Shown in pieces: positions 17,319 to 27,653 of a stretch of 64,000 nt of DNA. Numbering within the stretch: position 1 is the first letter of the stretch; each line of letters opens with the position of its first letter. Position numbers and translations under genes: made by a program. The notes beneath the pieces are model-generated. The model saw only the letters and a list, made by a program, of their open reading frames with translations. It made no database searches and had not been told where the DNA came from. The stretch comes from a virus, in the UHGV virus genome UHGV-0076294. One strand, 5' to 3'.

Positions 17319-20300
17319 CTAAGTACGATCCCCTAACTGCTTCCCGTTAAGTTCTCGTTTCAGTACAGAAAGTATCCATTTCCACGCTTTACTCGTGATA
17401 TGGTACGGATTCCGTTTCTCCATTAAGAACTGCTTTTCACCGCTACGCAGTTCGAAGCTCTGCGCATTAAGGTAGTCCTGACGATAGATTTTCTCATCAA
17501 AAACTTCCAATGAACAGGTAAAGTTAAGTTCGTACCCTTCAGGATTATTACCTGGTGGTTCTAAGACAATATAAATGTCCTGACCTACGCGTAAATCCCT
17601 TGGAGTGATGGTAATCGCTTTACCTACATCAGCGCTTGTTGACAGTGCAAACTCCGCACTATCGGTGGACGCTAAGTACGGGTCTTTCCCTGCATCGCCT
17701 ATAATTACCTTACCCGGCCAGTTGCACTTCACCGTCCCGGACACCTTTGCAATCCGATATTGTTGTCTCTCAACACCTTGTGCAAAACGGAGAATGAGTT
17801 TGTGACGATAACGACTTGCAGCGGCTTTAGTCGTACTCCACTCATTGTTCCAGGAGGTATGAAGTTCATTTTTCTTGGCCATTAATGCGCCACGAGACAG
17901 CTTACGTGGGAAGAATTGTGCTGGTAATTGCCCATCGTGGGAGGTCGCCACTCCCCCTTGTCCGGTTGGAAGTGCTATTGTTTCCGTAGGACAATAACTT
18001 AACTCGTACTCGTATGTTGCAGGATCGATCAATTTCTGATAGTAATCGCCGTCCTTACTGTTTGCTAACCAACCAACGGAAGAGTCCATATACGATTCAA
18101 ACAGTGAACGTAAATAATGATACTTATCAATATCGATATTACCCGTTTTTGGATCAATCAGCGCATGGTTAATAGTGAGGAGACACTTTTCACTCAAACC
18201 TTTAAACGCTAAACCCACTCCATCGCCGGTAAAGTAGTCTACCAGGTCAAATGGAAACGCCATCTCTATTTGTCGCAAGTCGATAGTCGTTGAACCAAAC
18301 TGCGAAAAAGATAGTGCTAATCGAAGTACACGAGTATTAACGTTATAACGATAACGAATCATCCCACGTGGCGCATGGTTAGCGGAGATCTTATCACCGC
18401 TTGGTCCCCAGCCAATTAAGTCGAGTATTTCGGCATTCGTTACTTCTCCATTAAACAAAACGTCTTTAGTCGTGACTTCAACCGATGTTTCCCTTCCGGC
18501 ATCCATTAACATCGAACCGTTATTCAACTCGAAGTTCTTAAGCCAGACTTCTGAAGTCGAACCGGCACCTACGCCCACCTTACAAGTTTTACTAGTAAGG
18601 TTAATACGCACATAACGACGTCCCGCCGTACCGCCCTGCGAGCTTGCACACAAAATAAGATCAGGTGCCGCAGACAGTGCCTTGGTCCCTCCAATGTCGT
18701 CGACATCGAAAACGAATGAGCCTTCGAACGTTGGTGCGTTATTTTCCTTCGGGTTAAATGGCGTAAACCAACAATAAGGCGTCGCACCCTCGGTTGAGAA
18801 AATCAACTCTAAGTCAGTTTTAACATTTAATCCGTGGGAATAAGAGAAAAGTCCCCGACTTAAGGTACAAAGCGTACCGCCACTTCCGCTACCTAACATT
18901 TTTCGATAAACTAAGGCACGTGGTTCAGCAATAGCGCGATTTAACAACGGCAGTCGTGGGTTATCCGTTAACGTCCAGTCGACAGAGCTGAGTCCGTGTG
19001 CCTTGCGAGTACCAATGTGTTCACTAACCTCGGCACTTTTCCCGAAATCGAACGTGGTTTCAAATCTCACGGTTTTATTCGCGTAGGATGATACACCCGC
19101 AACAATATCAACATAGCCGATATAACCACGCTCAGGATCGACCTCAAATCCTTGAACTGGTTCAGCACGCGAATACAAAGAGCCTGTGAGCATGTTAACG
19201 TACAGATAATGACGAATCCCTACATGCGTTGTAACAAACTCCTGAAGAAGCTCTACGCGCGTTTCAGGGCCACTGAAGTAAACAGGATAGTCACCATCGT
19301 AAACTTCAAATTGTACAGCTGCCGATTTTGCAGTATCGCTACATTCTGCTTTAACAGCAATTGTGTAGTTTTCAACATCTGGAGACGTTCCATAGTTCAT
19401 TAACAATGGCGACTCACCAGTAGCACCCACAACACCATTTACATAAACGGTTATTGTCCCACCGCCAGCGGCATAAACAAACAGCCTTTTCTGATGGGCT
19501 TTGACGCGCGTTTTAGCCAGCACCGATACAACGGACTGATCGCCCATCTGCGTAGCGCTTTTACCTACCGGAACTGACTGAAACCCCATTATTGGAGGAT
19601 CAACAATTCCATCCCAACTAATCCCGGTACCTTTACTAACCTTACCCGTAGGCCAAGTCAGTTCAAGCTGGTTATTCGGTGAGAACCAGTTAAACATTGG
19701 GGTAGTTTGCAGGTCAATCGCACCGGTAACGGTACTGTCGCCTTTCATACCGTTCAGCAAATAGAAACATTTCAAATCCTGAACAGAAATTGCAGTACCC
19801 TGGCTATTGAAACGCCAGTCTGCGCCTTTCACAGCAGCGAAATCCGTTACTGTTCCTTCTTTCGCGTTTGCTATCGCAGCAGCCACCACATCTAAACGGG
19901 CTGAAAGCTCTTTTAAGATGTCCGGTACAACCGCACGGTTCTCAACCAACCCGTTCTGGTTAGATGCATAACGACCAATACCGTAAATCGACTGCGAGGC
20001 TTTATAAATGCCTAACTCTGACCAGTCGTGGTGGTGACCGACATCTGCTAAACCACTAACCGATATATTCAGTTCAGTAGACAACGGTTTGTCGAGGTCT
20101 GCGGTGTTATCCGCTTGCCCTAATCCCAGGTCAGCTTTCGTGATCGTCCTGGAGCCGTCGTTCATTGACTTACCGTTAATCATGGTCGTTTTAGTCACGT
20201 ACCCTGATAAGTCGGTTGAATATGGCGTTAGTGACGCAGGGGTTGCTGCAACCCCAACCGTTTCTGTGCCTTTACCGGTTTTAAGTTTAACGACACCTTT

Positions 20301-21524
20301 TTCAGTGGTTGACGCTTTCGTCGGGTCGATAGCCCCCACGATAGGATCGGCTCGAGAACCTTTACCAGTGAAACTGATCCCATTACGGCCTTCGATATAC
20401 ACTTTGGAGTCATCAGGGTCGCTACCGCCACCAGAACCCGCATCCGGGTCTTGTTGGTATTCCATAAGTGCGGTGGTGGTCAGTAACGGGTTACCGTTTA
20501 GGGTGAGTTTGTTCATCCCTAAAGCATCTCCCGTTGACTCGATGCGTAACGTGTTTTTACCAGCACGCCAGTTAATGTAACGTCCCGCATCAGTGCCTTC
20601 CAGATGCCCTACCGCTAATACCACAGAACCATCGGATTTTAACGTAAAGCCGTCATTTGCAAAAACGATTTCTGACTCGCCGTTTTTTGAACGGAACTGT
20701 GCGCGGTTTCCTGACACCGTACAGTTAAACACACCCTGTACTTCCGAAGAAATCCAGTGGGAGATATACGTGTCGATAACCGACTGTGGCAAACGAAACG
20801 CTTTCAGTTCTTCCGTTAACGCTTTCAATTTTAACCCGTACGCCATAAAGGTGTCAGGTGTTTTCAGGTCAACGGGATGTGCATTAATTTGTGCGCTCGT
20901 GGTTTCGTGCGGGTTCGTCGCGGCGATATGTGCTGGGTAGTTAAACGCCTCGATTTCTTTACCCAACGCAGTCACTAGCGCTTTAACTTCGGCTAATTTA
21001 TCTTTAATTAGCTGGTTAGCGTCATCGGTTTTCAACTCAATATCGTGAATCGCTGACGCTAAGTATTTTTTGTTCAGCAAATCCGCCCAGGACGTTGCCG
21101 CAGGCGTAGCTGGGTATAACGACGGTCTACCGTCTAACAACAGCCAGTCTACACTGACTGGGTTATTCAAATATTTCACCAACTCGTCGAGCATGTCAAC
21201 GAACGGGTCGTAGAACGTACCGCCGAGCATTTGTCCTTCAAAGGTTACAATACCTTTAATGGATGGGTTGATAAGGTGTACCCCACAATACACGTTGGCT
21301 GCTACCGAGTCATCCAGTTCTGTCAGTTGGTATTGCAGTTCGTAGTCCACCCCACGACTTAGTGGGGTGGTTGAACCCGGTTGTCTGACGACCAAATCTT
21401 CAAAGAACGGGCGATGGTCTAAAATCACCACCCGATCGTTGTTGTTTTCTGACCCGATGATACGCTCCTCTAAGAAGTGATTCTCGGTTTTCGTCCCCCG
21501 AGGATCGTAAGGATACGCTTTCAT
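17319..21524 (-). CDS. Large structural protein, tail fibre/spike candidate (about 1400 aa)
   Basis: SD ggaga before ATG at 21524; N-terminal module LDHRPFFEDLVV...GVDYEL shared with neighbours. Confidence 0.5.
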   Translation of the reverse strand: MKAYPYDPRGTKTENHFLEERIIGSENNNDRVVILDHRPFFEDLVVRQPGSTTPLSRGVDYELQYQLTELDDSVAANVYCGVHLINPSIKGIVTFEGQMLGGTFYDPFVDMLDELVKYLNNPVSVDWLLLDGRPSLYPATPAATSWADLLNKKYLASAIHDIELKTDDANQLIKDKLAEVKALVTALGKEIEAFNYPAHIAATNPHETTSAQINAHPVDLKTPDTFMAYGLKLKALTEELKAFRLPQSVIDTYISHWISSEVQGVFNCTVSGNRAQFRSKNGESEIVFANDGFTLKSDGSVVLAVGHLEGTDAGRYINWRAGKNTLRIESTGDALGMNKLTLNGNPLLTTTALMEYQQDPDAGSGGGSDPDDSKVYIEGRNGISFTGKGSRADPIVGAIDPTKASTTEKGVVKLKTGKGTETVGVAATPASLTPYSTDLSGYVTKTTMINGKSMNDGSRTITKADLGLGQADNTADLDKPLSTELNISVSGLADVGHHHDWSELGIYKASQSIYGIGRYASNQNGLVENRAVVPDILKELSARLDVVAAAIANAKEGTVTDFAAVKGADWRFNSQGTAISVQDLKCFYLLNGMKGDSTVTGAIDLQTTPMFNWFSPNNQLELTWPTGKVSKGTGISWDGIVDPPIMGFQSVPVGKSATQMGDQSVVSVLAKTRVKAHQKRLFVYAAGGGTITVYVNGVVGATGESPLLMNYGTSPDVENYTIAVKAECSDTAKSAAVQFEVYDGDYPVYFSGPETRVELLQEFVTTHVGIRHYLYVNMLTGSLYSRAEPVQGFEVDPERGYIGYVDIVAGVSSYANKTVRFETTFDFGKSAEVSEHIGTRKAHGLSSVDWTLTDNPRLPLLNRAIAEPRALVYRKMLGSGSGGTLCTLSRGLFSYSHGLNVKTDLELIFSTEGATPYCWFTPFNPKENNAPTFEGSFVFDVDDIGGTKALSAAPDLILCASSQGGTAGRRYVRINLTSKTCKVGVGAGSTSEVWLKNFELNNGSMLMDAGRETSVEVTTKDVLFNGEVTNAEILDLIGWGPSGDKISANHAPRGMIRYRYNVNTRVLRLALSFSQFGSTTIDLRQIEMAFPFDLVDYFTGDGVGLAFKGLSEKCLLTINHALIDPKTGNIDIDKYHYLRSLFESYMDSSVGWLANSKDGDYYQKLIDPATYEYELSYCPTETIALPTGQGGVATSHDGQLPAQFFPRKLSRGALMAKKNELHTSWNNEWSTTKAAASRYRHKLILRFAQGVERQQYRIAKVSGTVKCNWPGKVIIGDAGKDPYLASTDSAEFALSTSADVGKAITITPRDLRVGQDIYIVLEPPGNNPEGYELNFTCSLEVFDEKIYRQDYLNAQSFELRSGEKQFLMEKRNPYHITSKAWKWILSVLKRELNGKQLGDRT

Positions 21525-21537
21525 CAAAAAAATCTCC

Positions 21538-24500
21538 TTAATCGCGAATGATTACCGCCTGCACTTTATTGCTGGTGTCGATAAACGACATTACGCGCTC
21601 CTTATTAAGATAAGGAGGTATCGGTAACGCAGCATAATCCGCCAGGTTGTTATTAAATTCAGTTGCCACTAACGCATTAAGCGTTTCGGGGTCTGAACTG
21701 GCACCGGCCAATTCCATAACGCGCACACGATTTAATGAGGAATAGTTGCTAATATAGTCCAACAACGTACCATAGACTTTATTCGCAGTTGCACTGTCTC
21801 CCGCAGAACGGACGTCGGCACGGACCTCATCCTCATAAAGTCCCCCTAAACCGTAGTAAATAGGGGTATACGGATCGTTAACGATAGGTTCAATATTGAA
21901 GCCAGTTAAACGGTCGGTTAATGGGATTTTCTGCGTAGTTCCCCCTGCTGCCGTACAGCTTACATATTTGTCCGTCGCAGATAAATGCACCCCGACAGTA
22001 TACGCAGTCCCCGCTAAGGTCAGTCTTGCACTAAACGTTATTGCGTTGGTTGCACTACGGGTGTGGGTAAATGATACTACAGGTTGTAATGAACTCCACG
22101 GTGCAGGTGTAACACGTTTCGTTGGTGTGAAACCTAACACTACTGATTTCCCGCTACCGAAGTTCAAACCGAACCCTGCGTAACAATACTCACCGTTACT
22201 GTCAGTTAAACGATATCCGCGAGTGATAAGTAACGACAACCGCATAAACTCGCCATCGGTGTTTTTCCAACAACCTAAAATGGTTTCTAACACCGTGCCG
22301 GTTTTTGCGTTGCTTTCTGTTTCCCAACTTACCCGCATTCCTGCGTTCTTAAAAGCTGGGAACATGTTGTGGATAAACCCGTGAACGTTATCGCTTACCC
22401 CTTTCGCATCAAACACCCACTTCGACGCAAGCTGATCGTATTTCACACCATCGAGTGCTTTATATCCACCGCCAACCACATAACGCCAATCTGCCTCGCC
22501 ACGCACAACCGCTTGAAGTCCAGAAGCCCAGCAGGGCGCACCTACTGTTAAATTGCTTAACCCCAGCACTGCACGCGGAGCAGAACGCTGAATATGTGCG
22601 TTGTCATTAGCGACGTGGTCTTTCAGCTCACGGAAATCGCCTAACCGTGTCACGTTTCGGAGTTCCACTACGTCAACTTGGGAAAGTTCGTTAACAATAA
22701 GCTTCCCAACACGCGTCATGGTGTCGGTTTCAGCTTGATTGTAACTATCGTGGACGATATACATTGCTCTATTGTCGACGATATCAACAAAGATCCCTGC
22801 GTGGATTAACGTTTGTGGGTTTGTGAAACGTTCGGTAACGTTAACCGTCATTAACGGTACGTCATACGTCTCACCACCAACGAAATACGTTGAAGCGGGG
22901 AGTGTAAGCAGAATGTTATCCTTAACGGTAACGTCAATTAAGTCGTTACCGGACTTACCAAAGCGAATAATGTCAACGCGAGCACCCGAGTCAACGCCAC
23001 CGACGGTATTCTCCAAATCTTCAATCTGGGAAGTCTGCGCCATCACCACACTACCATCGAGTGCTAAAGTGGCATCATCCACTTCCAGACCGAATTTAAT
23101 CAGACCCCGTTTCGTGGTGTCTGCGTTCGCAACACCGAATACGGAAGACGGGTGTTGGTGAACCTTCGGTGAGTATTTGTCCAGCTCGGTCTGCTGTGCA
23201 ACAGAAATCGGTAAGTCAACGTCCGGGGTATTCGCAACGTTACCTAAACCAAAGGTAATTTTGTCGATAGTAACCGAACTGGTAAGCTGCATGTCGTTGA
23301 TGTACGACTTGGCGGCAACTAACTTACCGGTAAACTCTGCGTCCAGTTTTTCAATTAACGCAGGGGTTGCTGCGAGGTTTTCAGCCGTACCGAATTCGTC
23401 CGTTAACTGCCAGCAGGCTAACGTCGTGACGTCGTTGGCAACCGGAAGGATAAACGTTGCGACAAACGGCGACGCTTTAATCCCGCTACCAGTAAGTTCC
23501 ACTGTAGCTGTAGATGCACCGTAGAATAATCCCGTGCCGCCTGCGGTATTACCCGGCAAATACGGCGCTACCGTAGTGGGGTCTAAGAGTTTCTTACCAC
23601 GCCACAATAATCCACGATCATCAGGGTATAGCACAAGCTGGTTATCGCCCGCCTGTAACGTTACCGGGTTGTTACCCACGTTAACGTCAGTAGAACCTTG
23701 ACCGATGAACTTAATGGATTTCGGATCAACGACAAACTGGGCACCTAAACGTGTCTCGTCAACAACATCAGGTGCTTTCTTAATGGTAACCGTGTTACCT
23801 TTGTTTTGCGAACTAATGGTGACAGCATCAGCAACGTTGTTAATCCACGTTTTAAAATGATATTGATTTTCCAACGCTTCTAGCGCAGAATCCATGTTAT
23901 CAAAATTAATTCTGGCACTGTAAGTTTTACCGTTTACCGTAACGACAGCATCGAACACGTTCCCCGTGCGCTTCAACTGGAAACGTAATGAGAAATCGCT
24001 GTTAGGTATTGCCGGATCAGGAGCTTGAGAAATATACCTTACCTGCGGAACTGTACCAACAGTATTAAGGCTTAGCGAAACTTCAATAGAGATAGTATCG
24101 CCCCAGATTCCGGCTTTTATCTCGACAAACTTGCCAGCGTTTGTGCCCGAGTTCTCGTAAAACCGCATAATCGCGGAACCGACCGCCTCATTACCCGACG
24201 CAGTTTTTATACCAGTGGCAATAAAGTCAATATCTTGCAGGTTAGCGGGTACCGCATTAAAAGAAGCACTAAATCCATTCTTCGTTCCTGTGTAACGAAG
24301 CTCGCCGTGATACCTGTGACCACTACTAACATAGCTTTCGCTAAAATAAGGGCTCACGTATTTAGACATCGAAACCGGATCAACTTCTGTCGTGAACGAA
24401 GTAAAACCGGGCAGCGTTCCAATGGTTCCGTCGGCCGTTTTCGTAGTTGACGTGCGCAGTAGTTTCTTTTGCGCAGTCAATGTTTCTTGCGTTGGATACT

Positions 24501-25863
24501 TAGCATTAACATAATCTGTTAACTGCGGCTTCGTTTTTCCGTAAGCTAACGCTGTATCCGTCGCAATACCGTTCAACTCTAACGCACGGATCGGGCCCCA
24601 CGTGTCGCTATGCGGATTGTCCTTACGTGTAACGTGTTCGTGCGCAGGTGCGTTGCGATAGAGCTGTTCTACTAACTGATGGTACTTAACGATTAGCTGA
24701 TAAACGTCGTTACTTACGTCTGCTTCTGGCGCACCAGGTAACGCAAGGAATTGAGCGTAATCGTTTTCAGCCGCCCACCAGTTTAAGTTAACGTTGGTTT
24801 TGTATTTCAGCCACTTCGCAACATCCGTTTTGGTGTAACCTGCTGAGAATTCGTCTGGCGGTGTGTCAACGTTAAAGGTGTAGTCCATAGACTGTTTGTT
24901 GGTCTTCACCTCGATAACGTATACACCGTTACCCGGTTGACGAACAACGCTAAACGTTAACTCGCCTTTTAATTCATCGTCGGTCAAACCGTTGATTAAC
25001 GTATAATCATAATCAGTTGAACCGCTGCCTAACGCAACCGTCAGTCGTAGGCCGATTTTACGTTGTTTTAATTGGAGACGAAGGATACTTGCGCCACCGT
25101 TCGCGTAGCACAACATCCAATCGATTTGTTCGTTCGGATTAATACTCCCCATGTTCGGAAAAATAGCCGGGATACGGTATTTCATCGACAGGGAATATTC
25201 ATTTAACGTGGTGGTTTTGTACGTAACGGAGAAACGACGTTTAGCGGTATTGTAAGTATACCCACCTTTGTTGTCGTACGTTGCGTACTGTTCAGACGTG
25301 ATAACCGTACCATTAGCGCGATGCTCGATATCTAACGTGTTACGCGCAATCGGGTCTACCCGATTCACCACGTTACCTAACGAATCACCTAAGCCTGCAA
25401 TGGCTTGCATTAATTCCAGTTCACCTTTCCAGTTTTCCCAGTCGAACTGAATGTCGACCGGTGGAAAGTAAACATCGCCGATAACGGTATCCCATTGACA
25501 CGCAGACGGGTATTTATCTTTATTGAGTTCGCGTTCTGCGGTAATCTGTTCTTGGGTCGCTTCACCGCAACCTACGGCGTGGTAATCTACCGTGAAATTC
25601 GATTTGTATTTGTCGTTAACAATCCAAATCATCCCGTGCACGAGGTAGGCTGTGCGCAACATACCGGTCTCGTACGGGTGTGTAATAACGTAATCGTCGC
25701 CTAAGGTCAGTATTTTGCCGCCGCTCTTGACCACCAGGGATGTGGTGAAAAAAGGGGCGTGGGCAGGTACCAACATTCGGTACTTCGTACCAATGACGGC
25801 GACCGCTTCACCGGTTATTTTATTCCCCGGTTCTTTGAAGTGTGGGTCTAGGACGACAGCCAT
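21538..25863 (-). CDS. Large structural protein, tail fibre/spike candidate (1441 aa)
   Basis: SD aggagtag; N-terminal module PAHAPFFTTSLVV...GDDYVI shared with neighbours. Confidence 0.5.
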   Translation of the reverse strand: MAVVLDPHFKEPGNKITGEAVAVIGTKYRMLVPAHAPFFTTSLVVKSGGKILTLGDDYVITHPYETGMLRTAYLVHGMIWIVNDKYKSNFTVDYHAVGCGEATQEQITAERELNKDKYPSACQWDTVIGDVYFPPVDIQFDWENWKGELELMQAIAGLGDSLGNVVNRVDPIARNTLDIEHRANGTVITSEQYATYDNKGGYTYNTAKRRFSVTYKTTTLNEYSLSMKYRIPAIFPNMGSINPNEQIDWMLCYANGGASILRLQLKQRKIGLRLTVALGSGSTDYDYTLINGLTDDELKGELTFSVVRQPGNGVYVIEVKTNKQSMDYTFNVDTPPDEFSAGYTKTDVAKWLKYKTNVNLNWWAAENDYAQFLALPGAPEADVSNDVYQLIVKYHQLVEQLYRNAPAHEHVTRKDNPHSDTWGPIRALELNGIATDTALAYGKTKPQLTDYVNAKYPTQETLTAQKKLLRTSTTKTADGTIGTLPGFTSFTTEVDPVSMSKYVSPYFSESYVSSGHRYHGELRYTGTKNGFSASFNAVPANLQDIDFIATGIKTASGNEAVGSAIMRFYENSGTNAGKFVEIKAGIWGDTISIEVSLSLNTVGTVPQVRYISQAPDPAIPNSDFSLRFQLKRTGNVFDAVVTVNGKTYSARINFDNMDSALEALENQYHFKTWINNVADAVTISSQNKGNTVTIKKAPDVVDETRLGAQFVVDPKSIKFIGQGSTDVNVGNNPVTLQAGDNQLVLYPDDRGLLWRGKKLLDPTTVAPYLPGNTAGGTGLFYGASTATVELTGSGIKASPFVATFILPVANDVTTLACWQLTDEFGTAENLAATPALIEKLDAEFTGKLVAAKSYINDMQLTSSVTIDKITFGLGNVANTPDVDLPISVAQQTELDKYSPKVHQHPSSVFGVANADTTKRGLIKFGLEVDDATLALDGSVVMAQTSQIEDLENTVGGVDSGARVDIIRFGKSGNDLIDVTVKDNILLTLPASTYFVGGETYDVPLMTVNVTERFTNPQTLIHAGIFVDIVDNRAMYIVHDSYNQAETDTMTRVGKLIVNELSQVDVVELRNVTRLGDFRELKDHVANDNAHIQRSAPRAVLGLSNLTVGAPCWASGLQAVVRGEADWRYVVGGGYKALDGVKYDQLASKWVFDAKGVSDNVHGFIHNMFPAFKNAGMRVSWETESNAKTGTVLETILGCWKNTDGEFMRLSLLITRGYRLTDSNGEYCYAGFGLNFGSGKSVVLGFTPTKRVTPAPWSSLQPVVSFTHTRSATNAITFSARLTLAGTAYTVGVHLSATDKYVSCTAAGGTTQKIPLTDRLTGFNIEPIVNDPYTPIYYGLGGLYEDEVRADVRSAGDSATANKVYGTLLDYISNYSSLNRVRVMELAGASSDPETLNALVATEFNNNLADYAALPIPPYLNKERVMSFIDTSNKVQAVIIRD

Positions 25864-25930
25864 TATCTACTCCTATAGTCCGTGGGCGTCGAGTTCATAC
25901 TATGACTTGAATCTATTGAGGAAAAGAGCT

Positions 25931-27193
25931 GTGACTACTGCTTATCAAGTACGGCCTGACAGCGCTTTTGGCTTCTCTCGAGAGACCCGTACCTGGGGAG
26001 CCATCGACGTCACGCAACCCTTAGAAACCTTGTGTTCTGATTACCATATTTTCGAAGTCGGTCTGAGTGCGCTTGGTAAAGACTATACGTTAATTAGCCA
26101 ATATCACCTCGCTGACTTACAAAACCGTACCGATACGTTACAAGACTGGCTGAATGAAAAAGCCGGTGTGGTTATCTCTGCGTTGAAAGACGGTTTACCG
26201 ACGTTAGAGTTTGATTGGGCACACTACCAATCGATTAATGCTGATGTTCCAGTAGAAACCTACCTGTGTCCTCACGGTTATCACTACAGTCAAGATTTCA
26301 GTATAGACGATGCTGACGACGTTGTGATTGTTTGCGAAGATAAATGGAGAGACAAATACCGTAACGGGGTGTTGTACAACATCAACGGACAATGGGTACC
26401 ACATCAGTCGGATACTGTTGGTGTACGTTTACCGGGTGCGGGTAAGATAGTACGTCGTGCAGGGACACCGGATATCGGGTGCATGGTCTTTAGTAAATTG
26501 GGGAATGTTAAAACGTACCCCATTGCTAATTTGACCTTAAACAAACTCGACACCACCCGTGACTATTATTCCACGTTAATGATTTCTTTACCGGAATCTA
26601 TTACGGGTAAAACCGTGGGGTTTGTTATCGGGGGTCTGATACACTGGTTACCGGTTACTGGGTACTTCTCCGACAAAGCCATTATGGTCTCGTTACCGAA
26701 CTTTGACGTTGCGCGTACTGTGCTAGAAACCCGACGTTATTACGACTGGGATAGCATCGGCGTTGGCGATCTGTCATCCCCGACCAGCGTACAGCGTATC
26801 CGCAACCCAGAAACGTTAAAGGCGCTTTTAACCCACGAGTCGTCGTTTATCTTTACGGTGGATAATCCGTATCTGGAAGAAGAAGTTGTGGGGGTTTCTC
26901 ACAACGCTATCTGGGGACGTTTATACCTTAAAGATCCTAATGATCCTGATGGGGAAAAACAACTGGGCTATCTGTTAAACCGCTTCGGTAAAACCGTTGC
27001 TTATTGGCCGACGTGGGAAGAAGGGGAATGGGTATTTAACACCACGGAATTCGACAGTCAAAACTACGTGTTCCGTGAAGCCCGCTGGTATAACCAGAAG
27101 AAAATTAACGATGCACAGGCAATCGTAGGGCCTTTCGGTCCCTGGGAAAAAGTCTATTTGGAAATGCATCGTTTCCGTGCAAGAAAAAAATAA
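25931..27193 (+). CDS. Hypothetical protein
   Basis: ORF track start 25715 lies inside the divergent fibre gene; GTG at 25931 with SD gaggaaaagag is the likely start; followed by strong terminator. Confidence 0.45.
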   Translation: MTTAYQVRPDSAFGFSRETRTWGAIDVTQPLETLCSDYHIFEVGLSALGKDYTLISQYHLADLQNRTDTLQDWLNEKAGVVISALKDGLPTLEFDWAHYQSINADVPVETYLCPHGYHYSQDFSIDDADDVVIVCEDKWRDKYRNGVLYNINGQWVPHQSDTVGVRLPGAGKIVRRAGTPDIGCMVFSKLGNVKTYPIANLTLNKLDTTRDYYSTLMISLPESITGKTVGFVIGGLIHWLPVTGYFSDKAIMVSLPNFDVARTVLETRRYYDWDSIGVGDLSSPTSVQRIRNPETLKALLTHESSFIFTVDNPYLEEEVVGVSHNAIWGRLYLKDPNDPDGEKQLGYLLNRFGKTVAYWPTWEEGEWVFNTTEFDSQNYVFREARWYNQKKINDAQAIVGPFGPWEKVYLEMHRFRARKK

Positions 27194-27197
27194 GTAA

Positions 27198-27240
27198 CCT
27201 CCTACCCTCTAAGAGGGTAGGAGTAGCACGTTTTTTTTTT
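27198..27240. terminator. Bidirectional terminator
   Basis: tcctaccctc-taa-gagggtagga followed by T10. Confidence 0.7.
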
Positions 27241-27243
27241 CAC

Positions 27244-27453
27244 TTAGTCTTTTTTGTAGACGATCGCGTTACCGTGCAGTTTGTTGTTACCGGAAATACC
27301 GATAACTTTAAACGCTTCACCGCCGATCTTTTCAGCTTCGACAGCCAGCTTAGCAGTAACGTCGTCTACGGTGTCACCGAAAGCGCTTACGTTACCGATT
27401 TTCTTGAACTCTTCAGGAATGTGTTCAGCAGAAGAGAATTCTTTAATAGCCAT
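27244..27453 (-). CDS. DUF1471 (YdgH/BhsA/McbA-like) small protein lacking a signal peptide
   Basis: IGNVSAFGDTVDDVTAKLAVEAEKIGGEAFKVIGISGNNKLHGNAIVYK closely follows the BhsA-family pattern (GTISA...LHGTAVIYK); SD ggagag. Confidence 0.7.
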   Translation of the reverse strand: MAIKEFSSAEHIPEEFKKIGNVSAFGDTVDDVTAKLAVEAEKIGGEAFKVIGISGNNKLHGNAIVYKKD

Positions 27454-27512
27454 AGCTACTCTCCAGTTAAAGAAAGGAAGGACTGTATCGTGTTACAACC
27501 AAAGCATAAGAT

Positions 27513-27537
27513 AGCTCCTCCCGGAAGGGAGGAGTAG
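27513..27537. other. GC-rich hairpin without U-tract
   Basis: ctcctccc-ggaa-gggaggag between DUF1471 gene and 27654-28619. Confidence 0.35.
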
Positions 27538-27653
27538 AGTGCGCGAAAAAAAGTGGCCTGCTTAACTAAACGATGAGGTTTAAGAAAAGTGTTGATAAGA
27601 AGCTTACCAACGTCAGGTCACAATATATAATACCAACGTAAGAAAAAGGGGAA

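Noticed and set aside
25715-25930. N-terminal extension of the 492-aa plus-strand ORF overlapping the start of the 1441-aa fibre gene
   Set aside because: Extension lacks an SD and runs through the divergent gene's 5' end; GTG at 25931 with SD gaggaaaagag is the more plausible start.
27560-27653. Sigma70-type promoter for the DUF1471 moron on the minus strand (TATTATATATTG region with flanking ACGTTGGTA direct repeats)
   Set aside because: Could not place a convincing -35/-10 pair at proper spacing; a GC hairpin intervenes before the gene. Too weak to annotate.
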